Below are positions 19,954-28,876 of a DNA stretch of 64,000 bases, piece by piece. Within the stretch, counting starts at the first letter, position 1. Every line of letters begins with the position of its first letter. The translations under genes were made by a program, and so were the position numbers. The notes beneath the pieces were generated by a model. That model ran no database searches and was not told the origin of the DNA. It saw only the letters and a list, made by a program, of their open reading frames with translations. Source of the stretch: Promethearchaeati archaeon SRVP18_Atabeyarchaeia-1 (GTDB taxonomy: Archaea; Asgardarchaeota; Atabeyarchaeia; Atabeyarchaeales; Atabeyarchaeaceae); the NCBI GenBank assembly GCA_037308085.1, contig CP147779.1, positions 1,280,001 to 1,344,000 on the forward strand, written 5' to 3'.

Positions 19954-20949
19954 TTAACATGTTGGAGTCCTCAGCTTGAGCACATCCGGATTCACGAGAT
20001 TCTGTGGGGCCTTTCCCCGAAGTGCGGATATGGCGTTCTCAACAGCCATGACAGCCATCTTGGTTCTCGTCTCAGTGCTTGCTGATCCTATATGTGGTAC
20101 CAGCACAACGTTCTCGAGTTTAATGAGTGGATTATCCCTATCTATGGGCTCCTTCTGAAAAACATCCAGTCCCGCTCCACTTATCGTTCCCTGTTTCAGC
20201 GCCCTGTAGAGTGCAGACTCGTCAATGACCGGTCCCCTTGAGGTGTTGATCAGAATAGCGGTTTTCTTCATCAAAGCAAGTTGCCTGTCGCTGATGAAGC
20301 CGCGCGTCTTTTCTGTTAGTGGGACGTGAATCGAGATGAAGTCGGCTTCCTTGAGAACGGTCTCCATGTCAGCATACTGGACTCCAAGCTCATCCTCTGC
20401 CTCTGGGTTTCTTTTCTCGTCATGGTACAGTATCTTCATGTTGAACCCTTTTGCCCTCTTAGCAACGGCTTGACCAATTCTACCCAATCCCATTATGCCC
20501 AGAGTCTTGGAATAGACGTCTAGTCCGGTCATGAACATGAGGTTCCACTGAATCTTCCACTTGCCGGCCCTCAGAAATTTGTCTGCCTCAACGATTCTCC
20601 TAGCTGCGGCCATAAGCAATGCCCAAGCAAGGTCTGCTGTTGTCTCAGTCAGAACTCCAGGAGTATTGGTGACGAAGATCCCCTTCTCGGTCGCCCTCTT
20701 CACGTCGATGTTGTCGTATCCAACCGCTATGTTTGCAATGACTTTGAGGTTCTCGCCAGCATCAATGACGCTTGGAGTAATCTTCTCGGTGAGCAGACAC
20801 AGCAATCCATCAACCTCCGAGACCTCACGTTTCAGCACTCCTTCGCTCGGTGGCTCATCCTTCGGGTTGAATGTGAAGTCTATGCCATTCTCTTCAAGCA
20901 AATTCAGTGCTTCGCCGGGTAGCTTCCTTGTTGAGTAAACCTTGGTCAT
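19954..20949 (-). CDS. gyaR: Glyoxylate/hydroxypyruvate reductase
   Basis: AVGYDNID, NTPGVLTETTAD, GLGRIG, INTSRG, LDVFQKEP, PHIGSA. Confidence 0.9.
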   Translation of the reverse strand: MTKVYSTRKLPGEALNLLEENGIDFTFNPKDEPPSEGVLKREVSEVDGLLCLLTEKITPSVIDAGENLKVIANIAVGYDNIDVKRATEKGIFVTNTPGVLTETTADLAWALLMAAARRIVEADKFLRAGKWKIQWNLMFMTGLDVYSKTLGIMGLGRIGQAVAKRAKGFNMKILYHDEKRNPEAEDELGVQYADMETVLKEADFISIHVPLTEKTRGFISDRQLALMKKTAILINTSRGPVIDESALYRALKQGTISGAGLDVFQKEPIDRDNPLIKLENVVLVPHIGSASTETRTKMAVMAVENAISALRGKAPQNLVNPDVLKLRTPTC

Positions 20950-21211
20950 TTCTTCTCCGAACCTCCTCGAAAGTTAAGAAGTTCAGGCTATTTGCGGATT
21001 TCGTCATCTATTCAATAATATTCGAGTCATCATAGGAATTATATATTAGGAGTAGCCCGCGTATTTATTACATGATCATCGACCAGCGGGATCCAGAAGA
21101 AACCCGTTATGAAATTCACATTGCTGGTTGCCCTTCCTAACCCATAAGCTTCGAGACGTCAGGGAAATTGTAGCAATTCCGAGGCCCCCGTTATGAACCC
21201 GCTAAGGGAGC

Positions 21212-21889
21212 GTGCATACGATCATGATAAGAGACACGAGTGAAAGGCGAACCTACAAGCTGATAGTAATCGGAGATCCCGGTGTTGGGAAAACCTCGCT
21301 GATCCGTGCCCAAGCGGGTATGCTATTTAGACCAGAGTATATTGCCACAATTGGGGCTGACGTCATCACTAGGATCTACGGATTCAGAAATCAAACTATA
21401 TTCCTGCTTATATTTGACATCGCTGGTCAAAGTCTGTACGACTCTGTGAATGACTATTTTTTCTCTGGGGCGTCATCGGCTTTGATTGTATTTGATCTCA
21501 CGCGGAGAGACACTTTTGACCATATCCGAGACTGGTCTGGTGAGGTGAGAAAAAGAATACCTTATCCAATTCCCATTTTGCTGCTAGGAAACAAAGCGGA
21601 CTTGGAGCAGGAACGCAAGGTTTCAGCACGGGATGCAAGAGAGGTAGCCGTTGCGTCAGGAGTGCACGATTATCTTGAAACCTCCGCGAGAACAGCAGCG
21701 AACGTTGACAAGGCCTTTCTCGGGCTCGTAGCGCGTTGCATAGTGGAGGCGCCGAAAGATTCGAGGCTGGCGGACAAGATGGATGAGGTCCTCGCTGACA
21801 TTCATGCGACTGATCAGGAACTTGTCTCGGAGATAAGGAAATTGGATGATGTTGGAAGGCAAGGCCTAGGCGAGAAGAGGAAACCCTGA
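21212..21889 (+). CDS. Rab/Ras-like small GTPase
   Basis: G1 GDPGVGKTS, G2 YIATIG, G3 DIAGQ, G4 NKAD, G5 ETSAR; start may be ATG 21224. Confidence 0.92.
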   Translation: MHTIMIRDTSERRTYKLIVIGDPGVGKTSLIRAQAGMLFRPEYIATIGADVITRIYGFRNQTIFLLIFDIAGQSLYDSVNDYFFSGASSALIVFDLTRRDTFDHIRDWSGEVRKRIPYPIPILLLGNKADLEQERKVSARDAREVAVASGVHDYLETSARTAANVDKAFLGLVARCIVEAPKDSRLADKMDEVLADIHATDQELVSEIRKLDDVGRQGLGEKRKP

Positions 21890-21898
21890 GGCTGGAAG

Positions 21899-22792
21899 TC
21901 AGTTCTCAAAAAGATACACTGGTTCCTCATATCTCCGCCCGTTCACAAGCTGTCCGCCGGGTAGCTTGACAAGTTTACGACTGGAGAGGGTGATCTGGAG
22001 CTTCTCATTCGCCTCTACTAGCCCGGCCTTCTTTCCATCGAGCAGATCAAGTGAAACATTCAACCCGAGCAGTCGGAAAGGAAAGACATGCCTCGTAGCC
22101 TTCGGAGCAAAGACCTCTCCTCTGAGCGCAACTCGCAGAACATCATCCTTTGTAAGTGTGGGAACAATCAGGCATGTAGCAGACTTATCGCTCAATACAA
22201 TTGTTTTCGCATCGGACTCTGTTTGATAGCTGACTCTGAGGTTTGCTGCGCGCAGCTTCTCTTCAATCCTGTATACTGTATCGTATGCTTCTTTGCAGTC
22301 GAATTCTCTTTGAGTCGTAATGAGCCACGCTGAATTAGAGGAGCGCAGGGCGCTGAAAGTCTTTCCTTCTCCAACCTGTCTGTATATGCTATCTGAATCT
22401 GCTTCAACGGTCTTGAGACCTTCAGAAGAAGATTTGGCCAGTCTGAGTATCTGGGAGATGGGTGCATCGCCTGTTATTATGCGATACCAAGCCCCGAGCT
22501 GGACGACTGGGAGTCTGTAATTGATAAGGCAACACGGGACGTATGCACAGCCCATCTCTCTTAGGGCGACGACTCTGTGCATCCCATCTAGGATGACTAG
22601 AGTCTCCTCATCAACGAGGACTGGATCCTTGACAACCTTCTCTTCAATTATGGATTCTTTCAGGGTTTTGATGAAGTCAGGTATGACCTTCTCGTGAAGC
22701 TTGACACTCCACACATCCTCAAGAGCAACTTTCAGAAGCCCGTCTCTGATAGGGAAAACGCTTCGCTTCGAGACCCCCAAGCTCAACAACAC
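21899..22792 (-). CDS. ParB/Srx-fold protein, SerK/SbnI-like free serine kinase
   Basis: LHE, ILDGMHR, W, VFAPKATRH. Confidence 0.7.
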   Translation of the reverse strand: MLLSLGVSKRSVFPIRDGLLKVALEDVWSVKLHEKVIPDFIKTLKESIIEEKVVKDPVLVDEETLVILDGMHRVVALREMGCAYVPCCLINYRLPVVQLGAWYRIITGDAPISQILRLAKSSSEGLKTVEADSDSIYRQVGEGKTFSALRSSNSAWLITTQREFDCKEAYDTVYRIEEKLRAANLRVSYQTESDAKTIVLSDKSATCLIVPTLTKDDVLRVALRGEVFAPKATRHVFPFRLLGLNVSLDLLDGKKAGLVEANEKLQITLSSRKLVKLPGGQLVNGRRYEEPVYLFEN

Positions 22793-23111
22793 CCGGCTGA
22801 CATTGAGGTTACCGATATTCTAATTAACTGAATGTCCGGAAATCTTGACGGTTGTGCGCTGCAGTTCCGACCAGAACGGCTTATCCTGACTTGGCAAGGC
22901 TTACAGGAGATAGAAAGAGGGTACTTTTTCTCTCGGATAAAAGTGTTCCTAGGTAGTCTGGGCAGTTGCTTCTCATGGGGTTCCCCGGAAATTGACGGCT
23001 GTCGCAAGACCGTTTGCGGCTTTCTCAAGAATAGGGAGGATCGCTGCTATTCTCTCAGCAAGGCTTATAGGAACTGCAATGTTATGGCTCTTTAAGAGGT
23101 AGCAGCCTCAA

Positions 23112-23456
23112 ATGAACAAGACGCATGGGGGAGACTTTATGAAAGAAGGCTCGCTTTCAGCGTCAGCCACGCAACAGTCTAGTGTTGCTGCTCTCGAGGC
23201 TCTGAAGGAGCATGCAGAAGACTCGATCGAGCTCCTAATGCAAATTGACTCCGACATGAATCCGTTCAGAGAAAAGTTGGTTCTTAACGAAATCATCGCC
23301 GACATTCGTAAGGCTTCATCAACTGACGAACTGCGAACGGTCGTAGGCGAATGCTTGGACGCAGTCAAGAACGTCGTTGCAACCTACTTGGAGCTAGACA
23401 GGTTAATTGAAGAAGTGCAGGGCGAGCTCGTTTGGGGACTACTTTCAAAGAAGTAG
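23112..23456 (+). CDS. Hypothetical acidic helical protein
   Basis: Clean ORF with amphipathic helices; start may be ATG 23139. Confidence 0.6.
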   Translation: MNKTHGGDFMKEGSLSASATQQSSVAALEALKEHAEDSIELLMQIDSDMNPFREKLVLNEIIADIRKASSTDELRTVVGECLDAVKNVVATYLELDRLIEEVQGELVWGLLSKK

Positions 23457-23602
23457 CTTCCTTGGTCCACATTTCCTTGGGTAACTCCTCACCATTGCTG
23501 TAGATCCAAGGAAAAAGGAATGGGAAGATGCTTGCTTGCTGAACAAGTTGATAATCAATGGTTCCCCTGCAGTCGATTTCTTCGTGCCATACTCCTCTTC
23601 TT

Positions 23603-24838
23603 CTACTCTGATGCTAGCGCGCCATATACTAGTTCCACAATATCTTTTACTTGTATCCTCGTTTTCTTTGCTTTAGCGGCGTCCAGAAAGTTTCCTCGGC
23701 AGAATGGGCACGCTGAGGATAGGTAACTGGCTTTGGTGGTCTCAGCTTCGGCTAGTCTGTCGACGCCGACGCTTGTGGCTAGGTCGGAGAATGCAGATTT
23801 GACTCCTCCTCCAGCACCGCAGCACCATGCATTCTCTCGGATTCTCTTCATTTCAACGAGTTGGATGCCTGGAATAGCCTTCAGGACTTCTCTTGGGGCA
23901 TCGTAGACGCCAGCCTGTCGCCCAAGGTGACATGGATCATGGTAAGTCACCTTGACCTGATTCTCAGCCTCTTGGAAGTTCAGCTTACCATCATTGATCA
24001 AGTTACGGATGAACTCAGTTGCGTGGATCACGTTGAATGGAAGCTTTCCGACTAGGTCGGGATAGTCGACCTTCATTGTTCTGAAACAACCTGCGCAGTG
24101 GACTAGGACGTTCTTTGCCCCTGCCTTCTTCAGCGCGTCAACGTTGTGCTTTGCGAGATCCTGGGCAAGTGACTTGTTCCCCGTTCTGATCGCTACTGAT
24201 CCACAGCAGTATTCGTTCGGGTTCATTATGGCAGGCTTGACTCCCGCCGCGTCGAGTATTCCCAAGAGTGAGGTAAGTACCTCTGGCTGGCGGTAGGGTT
24301 CGGTGCACCCGGTGAACAGAACTAGGTCACCCTTTGTTGGCATTTCCCTGCCTTCGGGTATCCATTTTCCCCTGTCTGCATGCTTCTCGAAGTATGGGTT
24401 ATGCTCCTTCTCGATTGATCCCATGATCTCCTTATGTCTAGGCATCGGTCCGAAACCCGCCTCGACAAGGTCAGCTCGAAGGGCCTCGAATACCTTGACG
24501 TGGTCTATCCAGCGGCTGATTGGAAGCTCTATACATGCGTTTCCAGATTTGTGACACGCCTCTTTGCAGCTTCCGCAGAGCGTGCATTCGTAGATCGACT
24601 TGGTCAGACCATCGCTAACTTGGAGTGTCCCCTTCAGCAGGCCGTCAGCCATTGTGAGTTTGCCCCTAGCTACGTATGGCTCAAATCCGCCAAGATAGTC
24701 CTTGACTGGGCACACGTCGTATCTTCCTACAGCCGGTTTGACCATCTGTCTACAGTCACCGATTCGCGAGCAAGCCGAAACCATCTGCTGAAGTTTTCTC
24801 AGATTTGTGAACGGCACCTTACTTGTTTGTTTTGACAT
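23603..24838 (-). CDS. (Fe-S)-binding CCG-domain protein (GlcF/HdrD-like)
   Basis: CTLCGSCKEAC, two CCG domains, YHDPCHLGR, CCGAGGG, CPFC. Confidence 0.9.
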   Translation of the reverse strand: MSKQTSKVPFTNLRKLQQMVSACSRIGDCRQMVKPAVGRYDVCPVKDYLGGFEPYVARGKLTMADGLLKGTLQVSDGLTKSIYECTLCGSCKEACHKSGNACIELPISRWIDHVKVFEALRADLVEAGFGPMPRHKEIMGSIEKEHNPYFEKHADRGKWIPEGREMPTKGDLVLFTGCTEPYRQPEVLTSLLGILDAAGVKPAIMNPNEYCCGSVAIRTGNKSLAQDLAKHNVDALKKAGAKNVLVHCAGCFRTMKVDYPDLVGKLPFNVIHATEFIRNLINDGKLNFQEAENQVKVTYHDPCHLGRQAGVYDAPREVLKAIPGIQLVEMKRIRENAWCCGAGGGVKSAFSDLATSVGVDRLAEAETTKASYLSSACPFCRGNFLDAAKAKKTRIQVKDIVELVYGALASE

Positions 24839-24860
24839 ATTCCGACACCCTCCCGTGTTA

Positions 24861-26354
24861 TTAGAGATAGAATTTTCCTGGACTGAGGATTCTGTTTGGA
24901 TCCAGCGTGTGCTTTATTGATCGCAGAAAGTCGTAGTATGGTCCGGGGTATGCGCCTGCGGCTACGAATGCCCGGCTTATCGCCTCGCCCAAAATGTATG
25001 GCAATCCGCCTTCTTTGGCAATCATTTTGAGCTGATCCATCCAGAGATCGTAATTCAGCGCCCTTTTGTCTTCGTCCTGCCAGACTGCTAGTCCACAGTC
25101 CATTTCGACAGTTGTGTGTCCACAAAGTAGTGCCATAGCCAAAGCACTTATTGCTGGTCCAGCCTTTGTCAGTTTGTCGAGGTTCTTCGTCTCCCACTCT
25201 CCCAGCTTCTTGTTCATCTCTGGGAACCTATGTATTGGAACGTGGTGTTCGGTGTCGCACGGTATGCTCCCAGGTCCTATGCAACCCCACAACGAATGAT
25301 AGTTTTGCCAGTGCCCATTTTCCTCATAGTGCCATTTTGCCCAATTGCCCTTCTCAACCGTGTCTCCAAGCGGCTCTCCGCCGTTTTCCGTCACAATTTT
25401 GTCTACGATCTTCTGCTTTGACTCCAGCTCTTCTTGGGTTTCACCTTCCATAGTGTAGAAGAAGATGGCTTTGTTGATTCCCTTCCAGGGTTTGACTACG
25501 GGGAAGTTGACTTGGGGCACTAGACCTCCCGTGAGACCTAGAACTGCTATCATTGGCCAGTACTGAGAATCATATATGCCCAGTTCGCCTCGTTTTCTCC
25601 ACGCTAACCAGATCTTCGCGGCATTAACATCAGATGGCTCTTTCAATGTGAAGGTCTTCGCGGCGTGGTACGGTGGCTTCGGGAATATTTCCAAGGTAGC
25701 CTCAGTCTTCACTCCAAGTATTCCTTGGTCGCCCAAAAACATCGAGCAGAGGTCCGGTCCAAGACCATACCTGCAGAAAGGTTCTTTCACGTAGACGCTT
25801 GCGTTTGAACCTGTCTGAATTATGTCGCCCTGAGGCAGGACAACTTGGAGAGCTACCACATGCTGTGTACAGGCTCCGTACTTCGCTCCCCCTCCGCCCC
25901 CAACACTGTGGTGACAGAGCCCGCCTCCTACAGTTGCTGACATGCCGCTACCCGGACCAAGGTTGCCGGTGTAGTAGCCTTTCTCGAATAACACGCTATT
26001 CAGCTGAGCCCAGGTTATTCCTGCCTGCGCTGTGACGGTAAGTGACAGCTCGTCGACATTCACTATTCTGTTCATCCGCGTCAGATCTATTACTATTCCC
26101 CCTCCTTCGATGGGTTTCGAGCCTCCTGAGATATCACATCCTCCTCCACGCGGAACAACTGGGGTTCTATTTCTGTTAGCTACGAAAAGAATCTGAGAAA
26201 CCTCATCGGCGGATCCAGGGCGGACAACAATGTCAGGCCAGCGTTCAGGCAAACCACCATCATTGCTTCTGCCATAGGTTTGTCTAACAAAGTCTTCCTC
26301 AGAAACATATTTCGATCCTACAACATCTTCAATAGCTTTAAAGACATTTGTCAA
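24861..26354 (-). CDS. FAD-binding PCMH oxidoreductase (GlcD/D-2-hydroxyacid dehydrogenase-like)
   Basis: VVPRGGG..ISGG, ATVGG, KYG, G.QGILGV, LDPNRILSPGK. Confidence 0.88.
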   Translation of the reverse strand: MTNVFKAIEDVVGSKYVSEEDFVRQTYGRSNDGGLPERWPDIVVRPGSADEVSQILFVANRNRTPVVPRGGGCDISGGSKPIEGGGIVIDLTRMNRIVNVDELSLTVTAQAGITWAQLNSVLFEKGYYTGNLGPGSGMSATVGGGLCHHSVGGGGGAKYGACTQHVVALQVVLPQGDIIQTGSNASVYVKEPFCRYGLGPDLCSMFLGDQGILGVKTEATLEIFPKPPYHAAKTFTLKEPSDVNAAKIWLAWRKRGELGIYDSQYWPMIAVLGLTGGLVPQVNFPVVKPWKGINKAIFFYTMEGETQEELESKQKIVDKIVTENGGEPLGDTVEKGNWAKWHYEENGHWQNYHSLWGCIGPGSIPCDTEHHVPIHRFPEMNKKLGEWETKNLDKLTKAGPAISALAMALLCGHTTVEMDCGLAVWQDEDKRALNYDLWMDQLKMIAKEGGLPYILGEAISRAFVAAGAYPGPYYDFLRSIKHTLDPNRILSPGKFYL

Positions 26355-26684
26355 GATTTCTTACTCCTCCTAAAGAAAGTCGGTGAAGAAGATCCGCTTA
26401 ATCGTTCGGATTGTTGATTCTGCCTTTTGCGCTTATGTTGCATATATTGGTTTGCTTTGGTCTCCTCTTCACAATTCTATCGCAGGGAAGCCCGCATCCT
26501 TCAGAGATGTGAGGAACCGCGGCGACGAGAAAGTCCGTTCAAGTACTTTCGCCGCGTATGCCCGTTTGGACCTTGGGGCGAGGAAAGCCCACGAGCTCTT
26601 CAATCCGAGGGAAGAGGTTACCCAGACTTCCCATCAATTGAAAAGCTCTTAGGAATGGCCAGTTCCAGTTCGCGTCAACAAGAT

Positions 26685-27479
26685 TCATCTGTTGTTCTTT
26701 CTAGCCACTCGGTTAGCCATTAGCGCTGCCACCGTTCCTGCTGCAACACCCGCATCGATATTAACCACTGCTATACCTAGGGCGCATGCTTGGAGCATTG
26801 CAGTCAGGGCGCTCATACCCTTCTCACCTATTCCGTAACCTGTCGACGTAGGAACTGCTATAACCGGGATATCAATTAGACCAGCAACAACTGATGGCAG
26901 AGCACCTTCTCTTCCGGCTACGGCAACCACAACATCTACATCCTTTTCTATGAGTTCCCTCAGTGCTGGGAAAAGCCTGTGAATTCCAGCCACTCCAACA
27001 TCATAAGCCGCATGGGTTTCACACCCCATTTCTTCGGCTATGATTCTAGCTTCTTCTGCAACCGCTATATCTGATGTCCCTGCTGCAAGAATGCCTATCT
27101 TTCCCCCCGTTTTGCTCAAGTGATAGTCAGCGCTTCTCGCTACAACCATTCTCGCTTTCTCAAAGACAGTCAAGGTCACAGACGAGCCGCGTTTGAACTC
27201 TTTTTGAAGCGAGACGATGTGCTCCTTGCTAACCCTGCTGACTATGGCTCTGCCACAGCTACCCAGCAACTTTGAGGTTATTTCGGTAGTCTCCTCCGGC
27301 GTCTTTCCCTCAGCCAAGACTATCTCAGGTACGCTTCTCCGGCACTCCCTTCCAACATCGATCCTAGCCATGCTACCGACTTCTTCAACCATGAAAAGCT
27401 TGAGCAGCTTCTCAGCCTCGTCGACGGAGATCTCCTTAGCAGCCAATTTCTCCAAAACGTCCCTCAATCTTTCTCGCAC
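26685..27479 (-). CDS. larB: Nickel-pincer nucleotide biosynthesis protein LarB
   Basis: PEIVLAEGKT, AGTSDIAVAEEA, DVGVAGIHRL, AGREGALPSV, VPTSTGYG, VVNID. Confidence 0.93.
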   Translation of the reverse strand: MRERLRDVLEKLAAKEISVDEAEKLLKLFMVEEVGSMARIDVGRECRRSVPEIVLAEGKTPEETTEITSKLLGSCGRAIVSRVSKEHIVSLQKEFKRGSSVTLTVFEKARMVVARSADYHLSKTGGKIGILAAGTSDIAVAEEARIIAEEMGCETHAAYDVGVAGIHRLFPALRELIEKDVDVVVAVAGREGALPSVVAGLIDIPVIAVPTSTGYGIGEKGMSALTAMLQACALGIAVVNIDAGVAAGTVAALMANRVARKNNR

Positions 27480-27590
27480 TCCAAGTATCTCTTCCGCACA
27501 ATTACCAAATGACTTTAATAAAGCATTTTGATCTTATGTCTAATGTCTCTATGCCAGCCCGATGCACTTCAAAAGTGGGATGTGGAAGTT

Positions 27591-28868
27591 GTGGAGAAGC
27601 TAGGGAATCGCATAATGGTCATAGATTGCCAACTCTCAGGAATATCGGGTGACATGATTCTTGGCGCACTTCTTGGGATTGGGGCAGATGAGGATAAGGT
27701 CAAGCGGGCTGTCGAGTCTGTCAGGAGTCATGTGGGCTGGTGCGAGGAGATCAAAGTCAACGTCAGAGACGTAATGAAGGGAGAATTCAAAGCTAAGGAA
27801 GTCGATATTGACATAAGGGAAACTGTTCCTCAGAAAGGAAAAGGTAGGTCCTCCAACTATCTAAGAGACGCGGTTAACGACTCGGTTAGAGAACTTGAGT
27901 TATCGGATCGCGCTCAGGAGTTTGCATCTAAGGCGATAGATACACTTGTTGAAGCCGAGAGAAAAATCCACGGAGAAAGCCACGGAAGCGAACCTGAGCT
28001 TCGCGAGCTAGGCTCAACGGACACGGTGGCTGACATTGTCGGCGCCGCAACAGCTCTTGACGACCTTAGAGCTTTAGATGAAGCCACTATCTACTCTACG
28101 CCTGTAGCTGTTGGTGGCGGACTATTCAAATTCTCGCACGGCGTATTGCAGTCTCCTGGACCGGCCGCACTGGAGATTCTTCGCAAGTTCTCCTTCGCGA
28201 TGATCGGTGGTCCTGTCGAAGCAGAGCTGATAACGCCTACAGGCGCTTCGTTGCTAGTCAACATGGCAAGCGGAGGATCAAGCAGGTTTTACCCCGGTCT
28301 GAAGCCTACCGCCGTGGGCTATGGCGCAGGCAAGAATGATCTTGGCGACGTGCCCAATGTCTTACGGATAGTTCTCGGGAGCACAATAGACTATGAACTA
28401 TTGACGGATAGAGTCTACGTCCTAGAAACTAACCTTGACGATGTTCAGGGCGAGACTATCGGATTCCTCATGGAGCGGCTGCTAAGAGAGAAAGTCAGAG
28501 ACGCTTGCATTATACCAGTGACAATGAAGAAGGGTCGTCCAGGACAGATACTGAAAGTCATGGTAGATGAAAGCGAGGTTGAAAGAATATCGCGGGTCCT
28601 AATTGATGAGACTGGCACACTGGGCGTGCGCGGCTATCCGGTTAGGAGGTATGTTGCTTCACGCGAGATTGTTCCAATCGAGGTCTCAATAGATGGCAAG
28701 ATCAAGAGGGTGAGAGTCAAAATCGGGAGAACAAGGAGTGGCAAAGTGATCAGCCTGAAACCTGAGTACGAAGACGTGAGTAGCATCTCGATTGAGACCA
28801 ACAAACCTTTCAAAGACGTCGAAGAGATTGTTAAGGAAGAAGCCAGAAAAAGGATAGGGCCGGACTAG
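27591..28868 (+). CDS. larC: Nickel-pincer nucleotide biosynthesis protein LarC (single ORF)
   Basis: SGISGDMILGALL, ELITPTGA, GYGAG, PNVLRI, ETNLDD, MKKGRPG, ETGTLGVR, PEYED; start uncertain. Confidence 0.9.
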   Translation: MEKLGNRIMVIDCQLSGISGDMILGALLGIGADEDKVKRAVESVRSHVGWCEEIKVNVRDVMKGEFKAKEVDIDIRETVPQKGKGRSSNYLRDAVNDSVRELELSDRAQEFASKAIDTLVEAERKIHGESHGSEPELRELGSTDTVADIVGAATALDDLRALDEATIYSTPVAVGGGLFKFSHGVLQSPGPAALEILRKFSFAMIGGPVEAELITPTGASLLVNMASGGSSRFYPGLKPTAVGYGAGKNDLGDVPNVLRIVLGSTIDYELLTDRVYVLETNLDDVQGETIGFLMERLLREKVRDACIIPVTMKKGRPGQILKVMVDESEVERISRVLIDETGTLGVRGYPVRRYVASREIVPIEVSIDGKIKRVRVKIGRTRSGKVISLKPEYEDVSSISIETNKPFKDVEEIVKEEARKRIGPD

Positions 28869-28876
28869 AAGACAAG

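Noticed and set aside
21103-21197. cccgttatgaa repeated twice upstream of the GTPase
   Set aside because: Only two 11-bp copies with no structure; insufficient evidence.
26578-26595. RNase P RNA (gaggaaagccc resembles the GAGGAAAGUCC motif)
   Set aside because: Imperfect match and no matching 3' P4 motif at a suitable distance.
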